Positions 9,721 through 22,500 of a stretch of 64,000 nt of DNA are shown here, one piece after another. The DNA lies in NCBI GenBank assembly GCA_964057225.1, contig OZ059894.1, forward strand, positions 13,330,001 to 13,394,000. Reading direction: 5' to 3'. The translations under genes and the position numbers were made by a program. Position 1 is the stretch's first letter, and every line of letters begins with the position of its first letter. The notes under the pieces are model-generated. The model did no database searches and was not told the DNA's origin. It saw nothing but the letters and a program-made list of their open reading frames with translations. The DNA is from Auanema rhodensis. Its lineage: Eukaryota; Animalia; Nematoda.

Positions 9721-12206
9721 TCATTTCTTTCCCCAAATCCAACCTTTCATCATGCCAGATATTCCGCCTTCTTTGTCTTGATCGTCAGACTGCAAAATTC
9801 ATATTTTTGATAAAAACTAAAGATTAAATATGTTTCACCTTTTTAGAAATTGCTGGTTTAGCATTTTCCGAATACTTCGCTAGCTTATTGTGGAGATCAG
9901 GCATCTAAGTAAAATTGATTTATCAATTATCGAGCCAATACATGACTACCTTCACATGATTCAAAGCTAAATCGAAGAATAATGGTTTGTTAGCCATCGG
10001 AATAAATGATGGCGGTAGTTGGGCAATCGGAACATCTTGTCTTTTCTCCAGGGTCCATGTATTCCACTGATTAATATTATTCACCAAACACTAGAGTATG
10101 TAAAAATGAAAGCATTATATTTTACTTTAGTACCAAATTGACGGTTTTTTCATCCAATGATGCTGTATTTGAAGCCTCAAAAAGTCGTTTGGATCTGGCT
10201 GCCATTTTTTCTACTTCAACTTTTTGTTTCAGGTGATCTAATTCCAACTGAAGCGATTTTTTATAAAATAGGAAATGAATTGTAGTTACCGTAGTCACGG
10301 ATTCATCAAGATACTTGTTCTCTTTTATTTGTTGTAAAAGACTATTAGCGGTCTGAACTCTTCGACATGATTGCTCATATAAGGATATAGCTTCGAAATA
10401 TTTTCCAAGATTGGCATAAGATGCAGCCATATAGAAGCATCTAAAAGACTGATAACATTTGCATCATAAAAAATATACCTGAATGCTTTATAATACTCGA
10501 TCCTGGCTTCGTAAGCACTAATCAACAATTTATCAAGAACAGCACCATTCAAATCAATGCACTGAAAATAGAAATGCAAATTTTTTTAAAGAATATTCTT
10601 AGTACTTCCTTGCATAATTCAATCACAGAGTCATACAATCTCAGAAGGTCTTGAGGTTTGTATTTTCTATCAATTCTAAAGCAATAACTAGAAAAAAATA
10701 CATTTAGAATATTACTTAGTATTCTCAATAATATTCAAATAGCGAGCAATAGTACCGCTGATCTTCAAATATTCCAGATATGTTCGGAGAGTTTGAAGAG
10801 ACTGTGAACAATGAAAAAAATATAGCAATATGTCATACGTATATTTCTTACAGTAGTATCAGCATTTTCAGAAGCTTTTCTTTTCATCGTTTCTCCCATT
10901 TTTTCAATTGCATCACGAGTGTCAGCTAGTTGTTTTTCATAAATGGCCATCTGAAGAAATCAGTAATCAGACCCTGTTGATATCGTCTTACTTTTTCTTT
11001 AACAGAAGCGCACTCTTTAATATCTTGACCGGTTTGATTCCAACTCTGAATTAGTTGGCAAAGTTTCTCTTCTTCAACTGTAATTTTTTCCCCAGCCCAT
11101 TCCACAACAACAACTTCGTCCTTTGCTGCTTTTGATCTTACTTCAGCAATCAACTTCTATATAAATGGAAACCGAATTCCAATAACATCAAAAAAAACAA
11201 ACATCAACACTATCTCCACCACCGATTTGAAGACGAAGAGCCATTAATTCACTCATAGAAGCAGGCGAAGGAGCTTCAGCACTATTGAATTCACATAATC
11301 TTAGTTGAGGTTGAATTTCTCGGCATCTGAAGCTACGATAAGACAAACATTAATAAAAACTCGAATACCTAGATTTGTAAATAGTTACCATGGTTGTGTT
11401 ATGAGTAGCTTCAGCTAACCCTTCATAAACAGTACGAGCAGTCTGGCATATAGCAATGTGAATGAAACAGACTATAATTATTAATACCTTCAATGCCTCT
11501 CCTGCATCTCTCCAAAGTTTCAACTCAAACGAGCAAATTCCTAATAACCATGCTGCGTACGCTTGGGCTTCTAATTTAGTAGTAGCATCACACTATTTAT
11601 AGGTAACACTAATTAAGAAACGGAAAAAAATTTTTACCTTCTCGCTTCCACGAACCATTGCTTCCAAATGTTTCGCATGCAAGACAGCTCTTGATATACG
11701 CTAATTATTGAAACCGCAAAAGAAGATATTACCTCTTAAGATTCATTCGCATGCTAAATTTCTTTCTCATCTTTCTCTCTGGGTTATCTTCAATAGCAAT
11801 TTTTTCAGCCATTGCTTTTGACCAAGAACGTTCACATTCAAATATTCCCAACTGAAGAAAGCTAAAAACAATAACATTAAAGCGAAACCATGAGAATTAT
11901 ATACCCTTCATGAGTAAAAGTCTCTTCTGTTAACCATTTTTTCACAAACTTTGCTTTATGTCGTCTGACACATTTATGAGTGTTGGTGAACTTCAGAACG
12001 CGCCGCTGTCTCTTCAGCTTTGAAGCACAATACTTTCTATATAAAAAATACAAAACGATAAAAAAATTGAACTACCTGTAACGTTCATAGTCCGCATGAC
12101 GAAGACCATGCCTTTGTTGAGCATCTTTAATTATTTTTAGAAGCCTAACAGTAGGAAACATGTTTTTTTCAGCATCAACTTTCATAATAACATCTCCGAT
12201 AGTCAT
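9721..12206 (-). CDS. srpa-68: Signal recognition particle subunit SRP68, multi-exon
   Basis: N-terminal IKDAQQRHGLRHADYERYRKYC, ERSWSKAM, PPSFIPMANKPLFFDLALNH and C-terminal GMMKGWIWGKK* are SRP68 signatures. Confidence 0.93.
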
Positions 12207-12610
12207 GTTTCACCCTTGATATTATTAATACAAAGCCTTTACCAACTCATCCACCCCAACGCGACCGCTACGCGTGAGTTCGGTCAGATTTCAAACAGGA
12301 CAGATAGAAAAAAATCTGCTTTCAAGCATATACACTACACAACTAACAAATAGATTGCGCAAGATTTATGTTTAATTTGAAGATTGAAATAATGAAAATA
12401 AATAAACAACACAGCCCAAAAATTGACCAGAAATGAATAGACTCATTCAACAACTATAAATAATAAGAATCACAGAAACCCAGCAATGTAGTTTGAAAAT
12501 GCGGTTACATAACAGCCTATAAGATGAAATTGTTTGAATAATATAAAACGATGTACGCAAAGGTGAATAGAAACAAAAACAATAGGAAACAAAAATTTTA
12601 TACCTACGCT

Positions 12611-15600
12611 CTAGCTAATAACTTCCCAATCAGACTCATCACTCTTGGCAGAAATGGGGGCAATATTGTCAGAAAGACAAGTCTTCAAACTATTAGTCTG
12701 CTATAAAACATCGGCTGAGAAACATACAATATGTCTCACTATATAAGGAGCAGACACCATCTTTCTCAGCATGCAACATTCAAAAACAAATTTTAAACGG
12801 ACTATGAGAAGTAGAAACAGGACGGAAGACATAAACTATATACGCTTAGTTTTACACAATACGACACGTTAGTAAGTCACTGAGCACTGACCATATCCTG
12901 CAATTTGCTTTCTAATTGGAAAATACGGGTCTCATATTCATTTCGTTGACCTTCCGCCAAAATAGAAATATGCATCAATTGGTTACTCTGGAATGATAAA
13001 ACGGCTATAATAAACAAAAAGAAAACTCACTAAAGAAATGAGAGCATTTTCATATTTTAAAATATCATCCTGTTCATGAGGGCCCTGAAAACATTATATA
13101 GGTTTGATAAACAGGGGTGTATGAAACGTACGCTATTTCCTAATTTTAGATTATCCAGTGCTATTTTTAAAGATGAAAGCCATGATGAAAACAACTAGAC
13201 ACAGCCAACAATTAAAGTTTTTTTTTTCGCATGTATATACCTCTGAATCTTTTGCAGAAAGCCTTTCAAGGCCCAAGGATGAAGAAATAGTATTGGTTAA
13301 CATTTCAAAACGTAAATTTTCATTAGAATCTTTCTTGAATTAAAATAATAATAAAAAAGTAAGAAATATCAACTCAACTGTTTTAATCTTAGTTACAATC
13401 GGACCACGAGATTGCGCTAATTGCTGTTCAAGCTCACGGAATTTTTCCAAAACTGTGAAGTTCCGTTCTCTTAGTTCCTAATAAAACTTTTTTGTTAAAT
13501 TCATACATGAAAAAAAACCTGATTTTTTAAACGCAACGATTCAATTTCTCCGGATGAAACCATTTCTTCTTTTGAAGCAAACACCATTGTAGTTGATTTT
13601 AAAGGTATCTAGATAATGATAAATACAAAGGCAGCAAGAGACCTTTACATTACCATATCTTCATTTTCCTTGTTTGCTGAACTATCGTTCATCTTTTTGA
13701 TTCTATGCCAAGTATATATATGTATATATAGCCAAAACTGGATAAACTTACTGTTGCTCGTGGTCATTCTTCAAGTTAGCAACCAAAAGCTTATGAGCTT
13801 CAATTTCCGCTACCAAACGTAAATTTTTATCACTCAACTCCTTGGTATCTCTACAATAATGCGTAATACATTTTTAGTAAACTTTTATTGTAAAAGATTA
13901 CAAACTTTTCAAATTTCAACTTTTGTTTTGTCATATTTTCCTCCATTTTTGCTAAGGATGCATCTTTTAACTCTAGCATTGTTTTCCTATAATAAAATAG
14001 ATAATGAGCAAACAAATTCAACAGCTAACTGTTCTTCAAAATGGACTATTTCCTGATTTAATTCAGCGACAACAGACTGGAGAGATTGGTATTCCGAAAT
14101 TAATTGTTCATTCTTCTGAAGAAAAACAGGTAAACGTAAAGAACTACTAAACTGACTTTAATCCATTCCTGTCGTTCTTTTTCAAATATCAGCTGATTGT
14201 TCTTTTCAGCAGCGGAGCTTTGTTGCTTTAACTCTTTTTCAACTGTCAGTGCTTTCGCCGCTTGTTCTAGGGAAGCAAAATCTTGCTTCAGCATATCCAA
14301 ACTAACTCTTATTTGGTGATTTTCCGCTCTCTGAAAATCCATAATTAAAGATTTATAAAAACAACAAACCAATTTGCCCTCTGAAGACAAGGAATTGGCC
14401 AACTCTGCTTGTTTTGTGGAGAGAACAGCGTCCAGTTCAGTGTTTTTCTTAAAAATTCAGATTAGCACAAGGTATATACTACAAAAAAACAACAATTCGG
14501 GCGTTATTTAATTCTTCCTTAAGACTCTGATTTTGATGAACATTTTTAGTCATTGCCTGAAGACTGCACCTAAGCTTCTCGCATTCTATGTGAATCTAAA
14601 ATACATGTTAATTAGGGTATAACATCAGATGGCATTACCATTTGCTTTTCTTTGGAAAGAGTGTCAACTACTTGAGATTTCATAGAGTACTCTCGCAAAA
14701 GATTCCTAAATTTTAACAAATTTGATTAGCTTTAATTATACACAATGTACTGTTGCTCTTTAAGTTTTGCGTCAGTAACTAATTTTGCTTGTCTTTCATA
14801 TTCAAGTGAACCAGCGTGATCCTCTATTTGCTTCTCCAACCAGTTGATCTGAATATAAGTCCTAGACAAAAATCAAGAAAAAGGGTTAGAACCTTATCAC
14901 TAGTATCAACAAAGTACGTAGCTAAAAAGCTAATATACTCTGGTTCAACATCATCAACAGAAGCAAAGCGAGTCAATACCTTATTTGTATCCAAAGATGA
15001 TAGATTAATAGCTGGTAATGAAATATATATTTATCTCAGCACAAATTATAACTGAATTACCTTTTTTTTTTAGTTTCTTTTCTACTATCGCAGGGTTCTG
15101 TTTATCTTCAATATTTCCAAGCTTTTTTGCCTTCTTCTTCTTTTTCTTCACTGAAAACAAAAATGAATTAAATACAATTTTTTCATCCTTAACTACATTC
15201 TTGTTCGTTCTGATCAACAGTTACCACTTCTTTGGTAATAACAACTTCGTTATTTTCATTTCGAGAGTTCAAATTTTCCTTAAAAGAAAGCAAAATTATT
15301 TATATATAAAGCAAAAACGGTTGATTATATATATATATATTTACCGTTTCCTCGTTTTCAGCTAAAATCTCATTCTTTTTGTTTTCATCAGATTTCTATA
15401 AAATAAGTTGATCACCAAGAATGCGAACAATTTTGAAGTTTTTACCTCACTTTTCTTCTCTTTCTTTTTTCCAAGTTTAGCTTTAGGCTTTACTTTTTCC
15501 TTATCTTGCGATAAAAGTTTGCGTGCTTTTTCTTCGTACATCTAAATATGAATTATTTTCATAATAATAATATCTTAACACCTTATCGAAATCATCTCCT

Positions 15601-15680
15601 CTTCCTGACAAATAAAATACAACAGCTATGATAAATGCAATAACCGTCAACGCTATCCCTAACGAAACCGGATCCAACAT
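12611..15680 (-). CDS. p180/RRBP1-kinectin-like ER membrane protein (N-terminal TM anchor, Lys-rich region, long coiled coil)
   Basis: Spliced start MLDPVSLGIALTVIAFIIAVVFYLSGRGDDFDK|MYEEKARKLLSQDKEKVKPKAKLGKKEKK, followed by many E/K/Q/L heptad-rich exons. The last exon ends ...SDESDWEVIS*. Confidence 0.7.
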
Positions 15681-17697
15681 ATTTATTCAGATAGTAACCC
15701 AACAACCTGGAAAGCAATAAGTTCAAGGAATTAATGTAATGATATCTATTGATTTTGGAAAAAAGAAGACTTTCCGTATTGGCTATATCGCGGTCAAGGT
15801 TTTGGCGTGTTTTAATTTGGTCATGTAATTCGCAACAGAGCATGTAATGATAATTTCACATATGTTATTGTGGGAGGAGGAGGATATAAATTATAACATA
15901 GTAAGTTTATTCGACAGTATTGATCAAGTCTTTTTTATTTGTTATCCCTTACATTTTTGCTTATTTGTGAAATGTACATGTGTTTATTGAGTTAAGCAAT
16001 TGGTAGTATTTATATATTACCGGAGTGTATTAACGGATTTGGTTAGGTATAAAATCCGGAATTAATCAAAACTCTACTTTGATCATTAGAGAGCTTTTTT
16101 TGATTAATCTAATTGATCCTGTCTTCATCCTTTTATTTGAAAAAAAATCATTCTGCGGGTTCCCTGAATGTTTTATTAAAATATTTGCCATATTTACAAT
16201 ATGCAAGTTGAATGCTAGACTCCAATTGAATTACCAATGCAGTGGTTTGTTCCTTGAGAAGCGATCGCAACACTCTGTTCGGTAATTGTGCAACTACGTC
16301 GTTCGTACGTATAAGATAAATTCCAGCCGCTGTCATGAACTAATAAATTGTGACTTCTTTGGCAATCAATAAATTTACGTTAGAGATATTTTGTATAGTG
16401 AATGGATAGATTAAAAGATTTTTAAACAGATTTCTACATTATTAAGAAACTATTATTAGTTTCATGAAGCTGAAATTTTCACCCACTTCTCCTATTCTTG
16501 AAGTAATCAGAACGATTCATATTGTACTGTATCTGGGTTAGATCATATGTTTAAGAATATGTTAGTTGTGCTTTGATTGATTTATATCATCATTTTCAAT
16601 AGATAAGACGGATTTGTAACTTTAACTTATTTCCTGATTTACGAAATAATGCATGTTTATTAAATATTATATCATGGATTTTCACTATCTTTATTTTAAT
16701 AAAATTTGAGGTGCAAAACATAAGAAATGTTAAATGAAATGAAATTGAGAATGTCAAGATTTCAGAAATCAAGAAAAATACAACATTAAGTTATGATCAA
16801 AAACAGATAACAAAAGATTAGCACGTGCACTAATCCTTCTTATATTGACGAGTTAGGCCAGAGGCTAAATGACAGCAACTATTGAGAACAATTTTCTAAG
16901 AACATTTGATTTTCTCAAATTATACTTTTATTGATTGCTAGTCATCATATTCCTCTGTCTCTCTTCTCTTCGTAGCCTGCTCATCTGTTTTCTCTTCTAA
17001 AAATGGGAAAGCTTTTAACTCATTCTATTCTCTATTATCCTTCAAATCGCTCGTCTTCATAAATTGATATGTCAGTTTTCAAAAATATTTTTCTTGTTCA
17101 AATAATTATGATAAATATACAAATATAGCTGATAATAAAACATACAGATCGAAAATTTATTCATCGTTCTAGAAAGCATGAAATATAATTCAAATCTTTT
17201 CTTCCAATTATCTCTGATGCAATGTGCTAAATAAATTTAGAACTGAAGTCAGATTTAAGACTCTGGCAAAAATAAAATTCAGATTAAGTATATGATATAG
17301 TTAGTATTCGATTTAGTATTATATCTCTTTACTAAATCATTAATTGTCGTTGGAATATCTAATTGCTGATACGCAGAATGTCTTAGTTTTCCTCTCATGC
17401 TCATCCAAACAAAGATCAATTTATAACTTTTTCAAAAGTAAAACCTATTTTCCTTATTTACTTTACATATAAAAATATTATGAAATAAATTGAATATACT
17501 TTCGTTTATAATCATATTTAGGACGATTGAAAAAGAAAAATATAATAATTTTATATAAACTAATAATTCATTCGATTATCATGGTTGCTTTCTCTTCATG
17601 ATCCAATGTTTTGCACTAGCAATTCATATTTATAATACGAATAACGTTTTTTCGTACTCTGTCAGTTTTATGTATTCAGAGAAGTTTGATTGTATCC

Positions 17698-19398
17698 ATG
17701 AACAAGTCTACGATAGAATTATATAAAGATACAACTAGAGCTGAATATAGCATTCCACAAATTTTCTATAATATATATCTCACTTATATTCCAATCTGTG
17801 TCATCGTTGGATTATTTGGAAATGCTATGGTATGGATTTTAATCAAGTGAGTTAAATGAGTCAAACTATTTATTTCTCTCTACTCTCTATTTTTATTCCT
17901 TTCCGTTGAGCGTTCTTTTGAACTTACGTACCACACTTCACAATTAATGGAAATGATACCTTTGAGTTTCTAAAAAGCTCGTGTAGTTGTCTAGGAGACT
18001 TTTTATAGCCTTTCCATGGTTTCAATTTATAATTTGGTGTATCATGGTTTTGTAGTTTGATTCGAGGATAGGCTATCAAAAGTTTCAAACAGAAAAATTC
18101 TCAGAGAGAGATTAATAGCTTGATTGAAACGAAAAATTCATTTATAGAAGCAATCGAATATTATGGAAATTGCCCACAAATGTGTATCTACTAGCATTGG
18201 CATTAGTCTCGTCATTATTCCTTGTTTTGCTAATGATATTTTGGATAGAAGATGTGAGTTTATTCTGCGTGGAAGTTTCCTGAATATATCTTTTTGAGGC
18301 TTTCAACATAAATGTTTTCAAAAACACTACTTTTTCTTGTAAAGTTAATACATTTCTTGCTCATGTATGCGATTTTGTATCTGTATGGTTAATTGTATTA
18401 GTTGGCTCTGAGCGTCTTATTCTTCTTCATTGGAAAACTAGAAGTCTAACAAAAGAAAGGTATTCAGTTCTCCGTGTTAAAATGTATTTTTTAAAACTTA
18501 TGTATAGAGCTCGATCCCAAATTTTGTTTCTGCTAGCAGCAGCGGTGGTATTTAATGCGTGGATAATAGCGGTGGCTGATATAATACCCGAAACTGAGAT
18601 TTGTGACATTGATGATAACTACAGTAATATTTATAACTTTATGACAATTATGGAAGTAAAAAATAACAGATCCTATTATTAATATCCTTACTGGCTTTTA
18701 GATGATTTTCTGTATTGGTGTTCCAAGTCTTATAATTTTGGTTTCTAATTGTATTGTGGTCGTAAAGTTACATCGGCACATTAAGTTTCATTCGCAAAAA
18801 TATATGTGGGCACGATATTATTTTAGAAAATACCCTTCTTCCCCATCGGTTTCATTTACTTCTGAAGTTGTTATGAATTCTAATACAGCTGCCAGTAATA
18901 CAAAAATGTGAGGTTTCAGTAAATTTGACAAAAAAAAAGTTTTAAGTAGGCTGTCAATTGAATCACAACCCATAGTAAAACAGAGCATTAAGAAAGGATT
19001 ACGGTATACAGATATACAGCTCACTAGAAGCCTGCTAGTTGTCACATGGGTTTGTATCACGGCAATAGTAATGGACATTTATTTTATAATTTTAGTTGTT
19101 CATTGTTTTGAATATTCCCAGTTATGTTTATCGAATAGTTTCAAATTCATTTGGTTTCCGTCAAGAGGTGCGCAATCATTAAATATATAATTCAGCTTAT
19201 TTGTTCTATTTTCAGGATGTTGTTATCAAAAGTATGGGGTTGATCGTTCATATGCTTCTATACTCTCATCATGCTTTCGTTTTTTATTTTTATATTTTTT
19301 ATTCTCCTCAAATGAAACGAAGATTAAAACCCACAGCTATGAAACTATTAGAATGTTATTGTTTCAAACCACCCGGAGATTTTTCTACAGAAACTTAA
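17698..19398 (+). CDS. Class A (rhodopsin-like) GPCR, peptide-receptor-like, multi-exon
   Basis: TM1 IPICVIVGLFGNAMVW, TM2 TNVYLLALA, TM3 end WLIVLVGSERL, TM5 GVPSLIILVSNCIVV, TM6 LNIPSYVYR, TM7 HHAFVFYFYIFYSPQMK. Confidence 0.85.
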
Positions 19399-19513
19399 CT
19401 GTTTTTATATTTAATATTAATATTTAGAATTCTTTATTGTTGAAATTTATAATATAAATTTTTGCATAATTTTTCACATTTCGATCAGTTATCAACACAT
19501 TTCCAAAAATTTG

Positions 19514-22500
19514 TCATACTAATGATTCTTTAACTTCTTTTGGTGCTGCAGACCCTTGTCTAGGATCTATATCCTCTGTAGATGTCTGTAAATTAGAATA
19601 TTATTTACATTCTAAAAACTATGTACTAATACATTAGATTTTGTCTTTTCTCTTCTCAGTGATCTGACAACTGAAGGCCTGGTAGGCTTACGACCACTTA
19701 AGTTACTAGCGCAAAATCGTTCTGAATGATTAAAAAATAATTTGAAGAAATGATATAACAATACCAAATCGATTACTATCAGACGGTTTTTTTTCATAGC
19801 CCAAAGAATGAGCAAATTGTTTACTGAAAAAAACTTGATCCTGAAATTGATAATTATCTTTTATGATGTTATTGAACACTACTTTAATTGGACTATCAGG
19901 CTTGTTATTCAGAATACTCTCCTGGGATAAATAAAATGCTTCATTGTATTGTGCTCCAGAAGGCGGGAAAGGTTTACTATCCTATTATTAGATAGAACAT
20001 AATTAGTTTTTATAGAAGACATACCTGAAACTCTGGCATTTCTCTTAGAAATTCGAACTCAACAAGCAGATCTGCGAATGTCGGGCGTTTATCGGGATTA
20101 ATTGACCAGCATTTTTTCATCAAACGATAACTAAATATTATTTATATTTTTGTTATATAAAACAAACAAACATATATTCAGGACAGAAATATGGTTTTGA
20201 AGGTATTTCTCCTTTTTGTATATGAGGCACAATTGTAGAATCGCTGATGCCTTCGTAAGGTTCCTTTCCCAAACTCAATATTTCATACATCAAAATTCCA
20301 AATGACCATATGTCACTTTTGGAAGTAAATTCATTAGATAATAAAGAATCAGGTGCCAGCCATCTATATTGTGTGATATTACTTTTTTTAGATATAATGT
20401 TTAACCTTGTTGAATGCAAAGCATCTGTTTTAGCTTTTGTTTGATCAAAAAACATTTTTCTTCCTAAACCAAAATCTGCTGAAAACAATTACATATATAT
20501 TTAAACAATTGCTTTTTACCAATTTTCGCAATCCTCACTCCACCAACTTCAGAGGATATTAAACAGTTTTTAGCAGACAAATCGCGTAAAACATGACAAT
20601 TTGTTTCTAAATATGACCCTCCTCTACCAATATCTACCATAATTGATAATAATTGTCGGAGGGATAGACTTGATTCTGCTGAATCTGTAGGAGAACTGAG
20701 AAGAAAGAGTTTGAAAAAAATAGAAGAAGAATCAAAAAAAAGACCTGCGTCTTAAGAAACCCAATAACTCTCCTTCTTCCATATACTCCAGTAAAAGGTA
20801 TAATGGATCCCTATACATAGAAACTCCAAGCAATTTTACAATATTTGGATGATCAAAGTTACTAAACAGTTTACTGTATTTTGTGAAACGTTAAAATATT
20901 TTACTTCATTAGTATGGCTTCTTTCATGAACTTGATCTTACCACCTTCATCATAACCTTGACGTAAAACCTTCGTAGAATTTTAATAAAATAAAGAATGT
21001 GCTAACTATTAATACCTTAACAGCTACTCGATAGTTTTTCTCCCCACACATTGGTAAATTTGATGCTGTACCTTCGAAAACATCTCCAAATGAGCCTTTT
21101 CCAAGTTGTCGTTGAAGATTAACCAAATCAGGATTAACATGAGGTAAATCTAAAAGGAACTAGAAGAAGAAAAAAAGGAAGAATCCTTACTTTTGACTTC
21201 GTTCAACATTTCAGGAGATAGTGGCTGATCAGGTGCTTGATGACCAGCCATTTTTTCAAGGGTAATACAATTTCTGTTTTCATTCAATTTTCTTTTTGTA
21301 GTTATCTGTTTCTGTCTTAACTTAACTAAAATATAACCTATTATTCCAAAGGTCTATTTTGAAATATTTCACTCACATAAGAAATGTCCCAAAAAACTCA
21401 CACCAACCATAGCTAATATGAAAGCTAAGATGTAAGTCCATGCCCAATTACTATGTTCATCAGTGTTCAATGCTAAATAGCAGTCATATTCACGTGAAGT
21501 AAACAAACTTCAACCAAACCTTTATGATCGGTTGATGTCGCATATGGACCAAACCCTTCTTGATTGGCAGCTCTTACCCGGAACTCCCAATTAATCTAAA
21601 AAAACGATATTTATACTTATCGAAAACTATATATGTTAATAAATATCAGAATGTAAAGCTATAGTCTCACCTCTTCATTGATTGTGCGAGCTGGTGGCCT
21701 CCAGAAAAGTTTCCAACCATCTAAACCTCTTTCTGCTATTTCCCATTCGGCCGTATTATTATGTCGCATCTAAAACAAATAGAAATTTTCTAGGACAATT
21801 TTCCAACTCTAGAAATAACCTCGACTGCATAACTGGTAATAGGGGAACCACCATCGGATAAGGGTTCTTGCCAATTAACTATCCATCCTTCCTGATCCCG
21901 ATGGGCTTCAACTAACAAAGGAGAAGTTGGTACTCCGGCTATAAATTAGGATTACATAATTATTTCAATATATATATATATATAACCTTTGGTTTTAGCT
22001 TGCTGAACAGCTTGGTAATAATCTTCTCTGTAAGAAAGCTCTTTTCCAGAAAACCGATATGTTCCTGTATATGCTGCTGCATATCGATAATCGTATGATG
22101 TTGCCGATAAAAGGTTTGTTATAACAACTATAATTATCTGTTGGGAATCAAATAGAACAATTTTGCTGATACCTAGAATAGACGACACTTGGGGACTAAA
22201 TGAAGCATTTGATGGTGTTTTCCACTCAATTCCATTTCCTGACTTAAATAAAGTGAAACGTACAAATCTAGTTCAAAAAATAAGAAAACTTCTTTATATT
22301 GCACGTAAATTGTTGACGGAGGACTTTCCGCATCCAAACTGTTCCATCGTAGAATCAATGAAGATCCCGTTACGTTATCAGGTCGCAATGTTCCTGGTAT
22401 ATCTTTTGTTCTCGTTGTTATCTGAAGTGTGCTTAAGAATAATATAGTTTATTTCATGCAAACTTCTTGAGAAACCGCTTCAACATCTTCCAGAAATTGG

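Noticed and set aside
16148-16336. 62-aa minus-strand ORF (MTAAGIYL...) as a small gene
   Set aside because: I could not build a convincing spliced continuation and recognised no homology.
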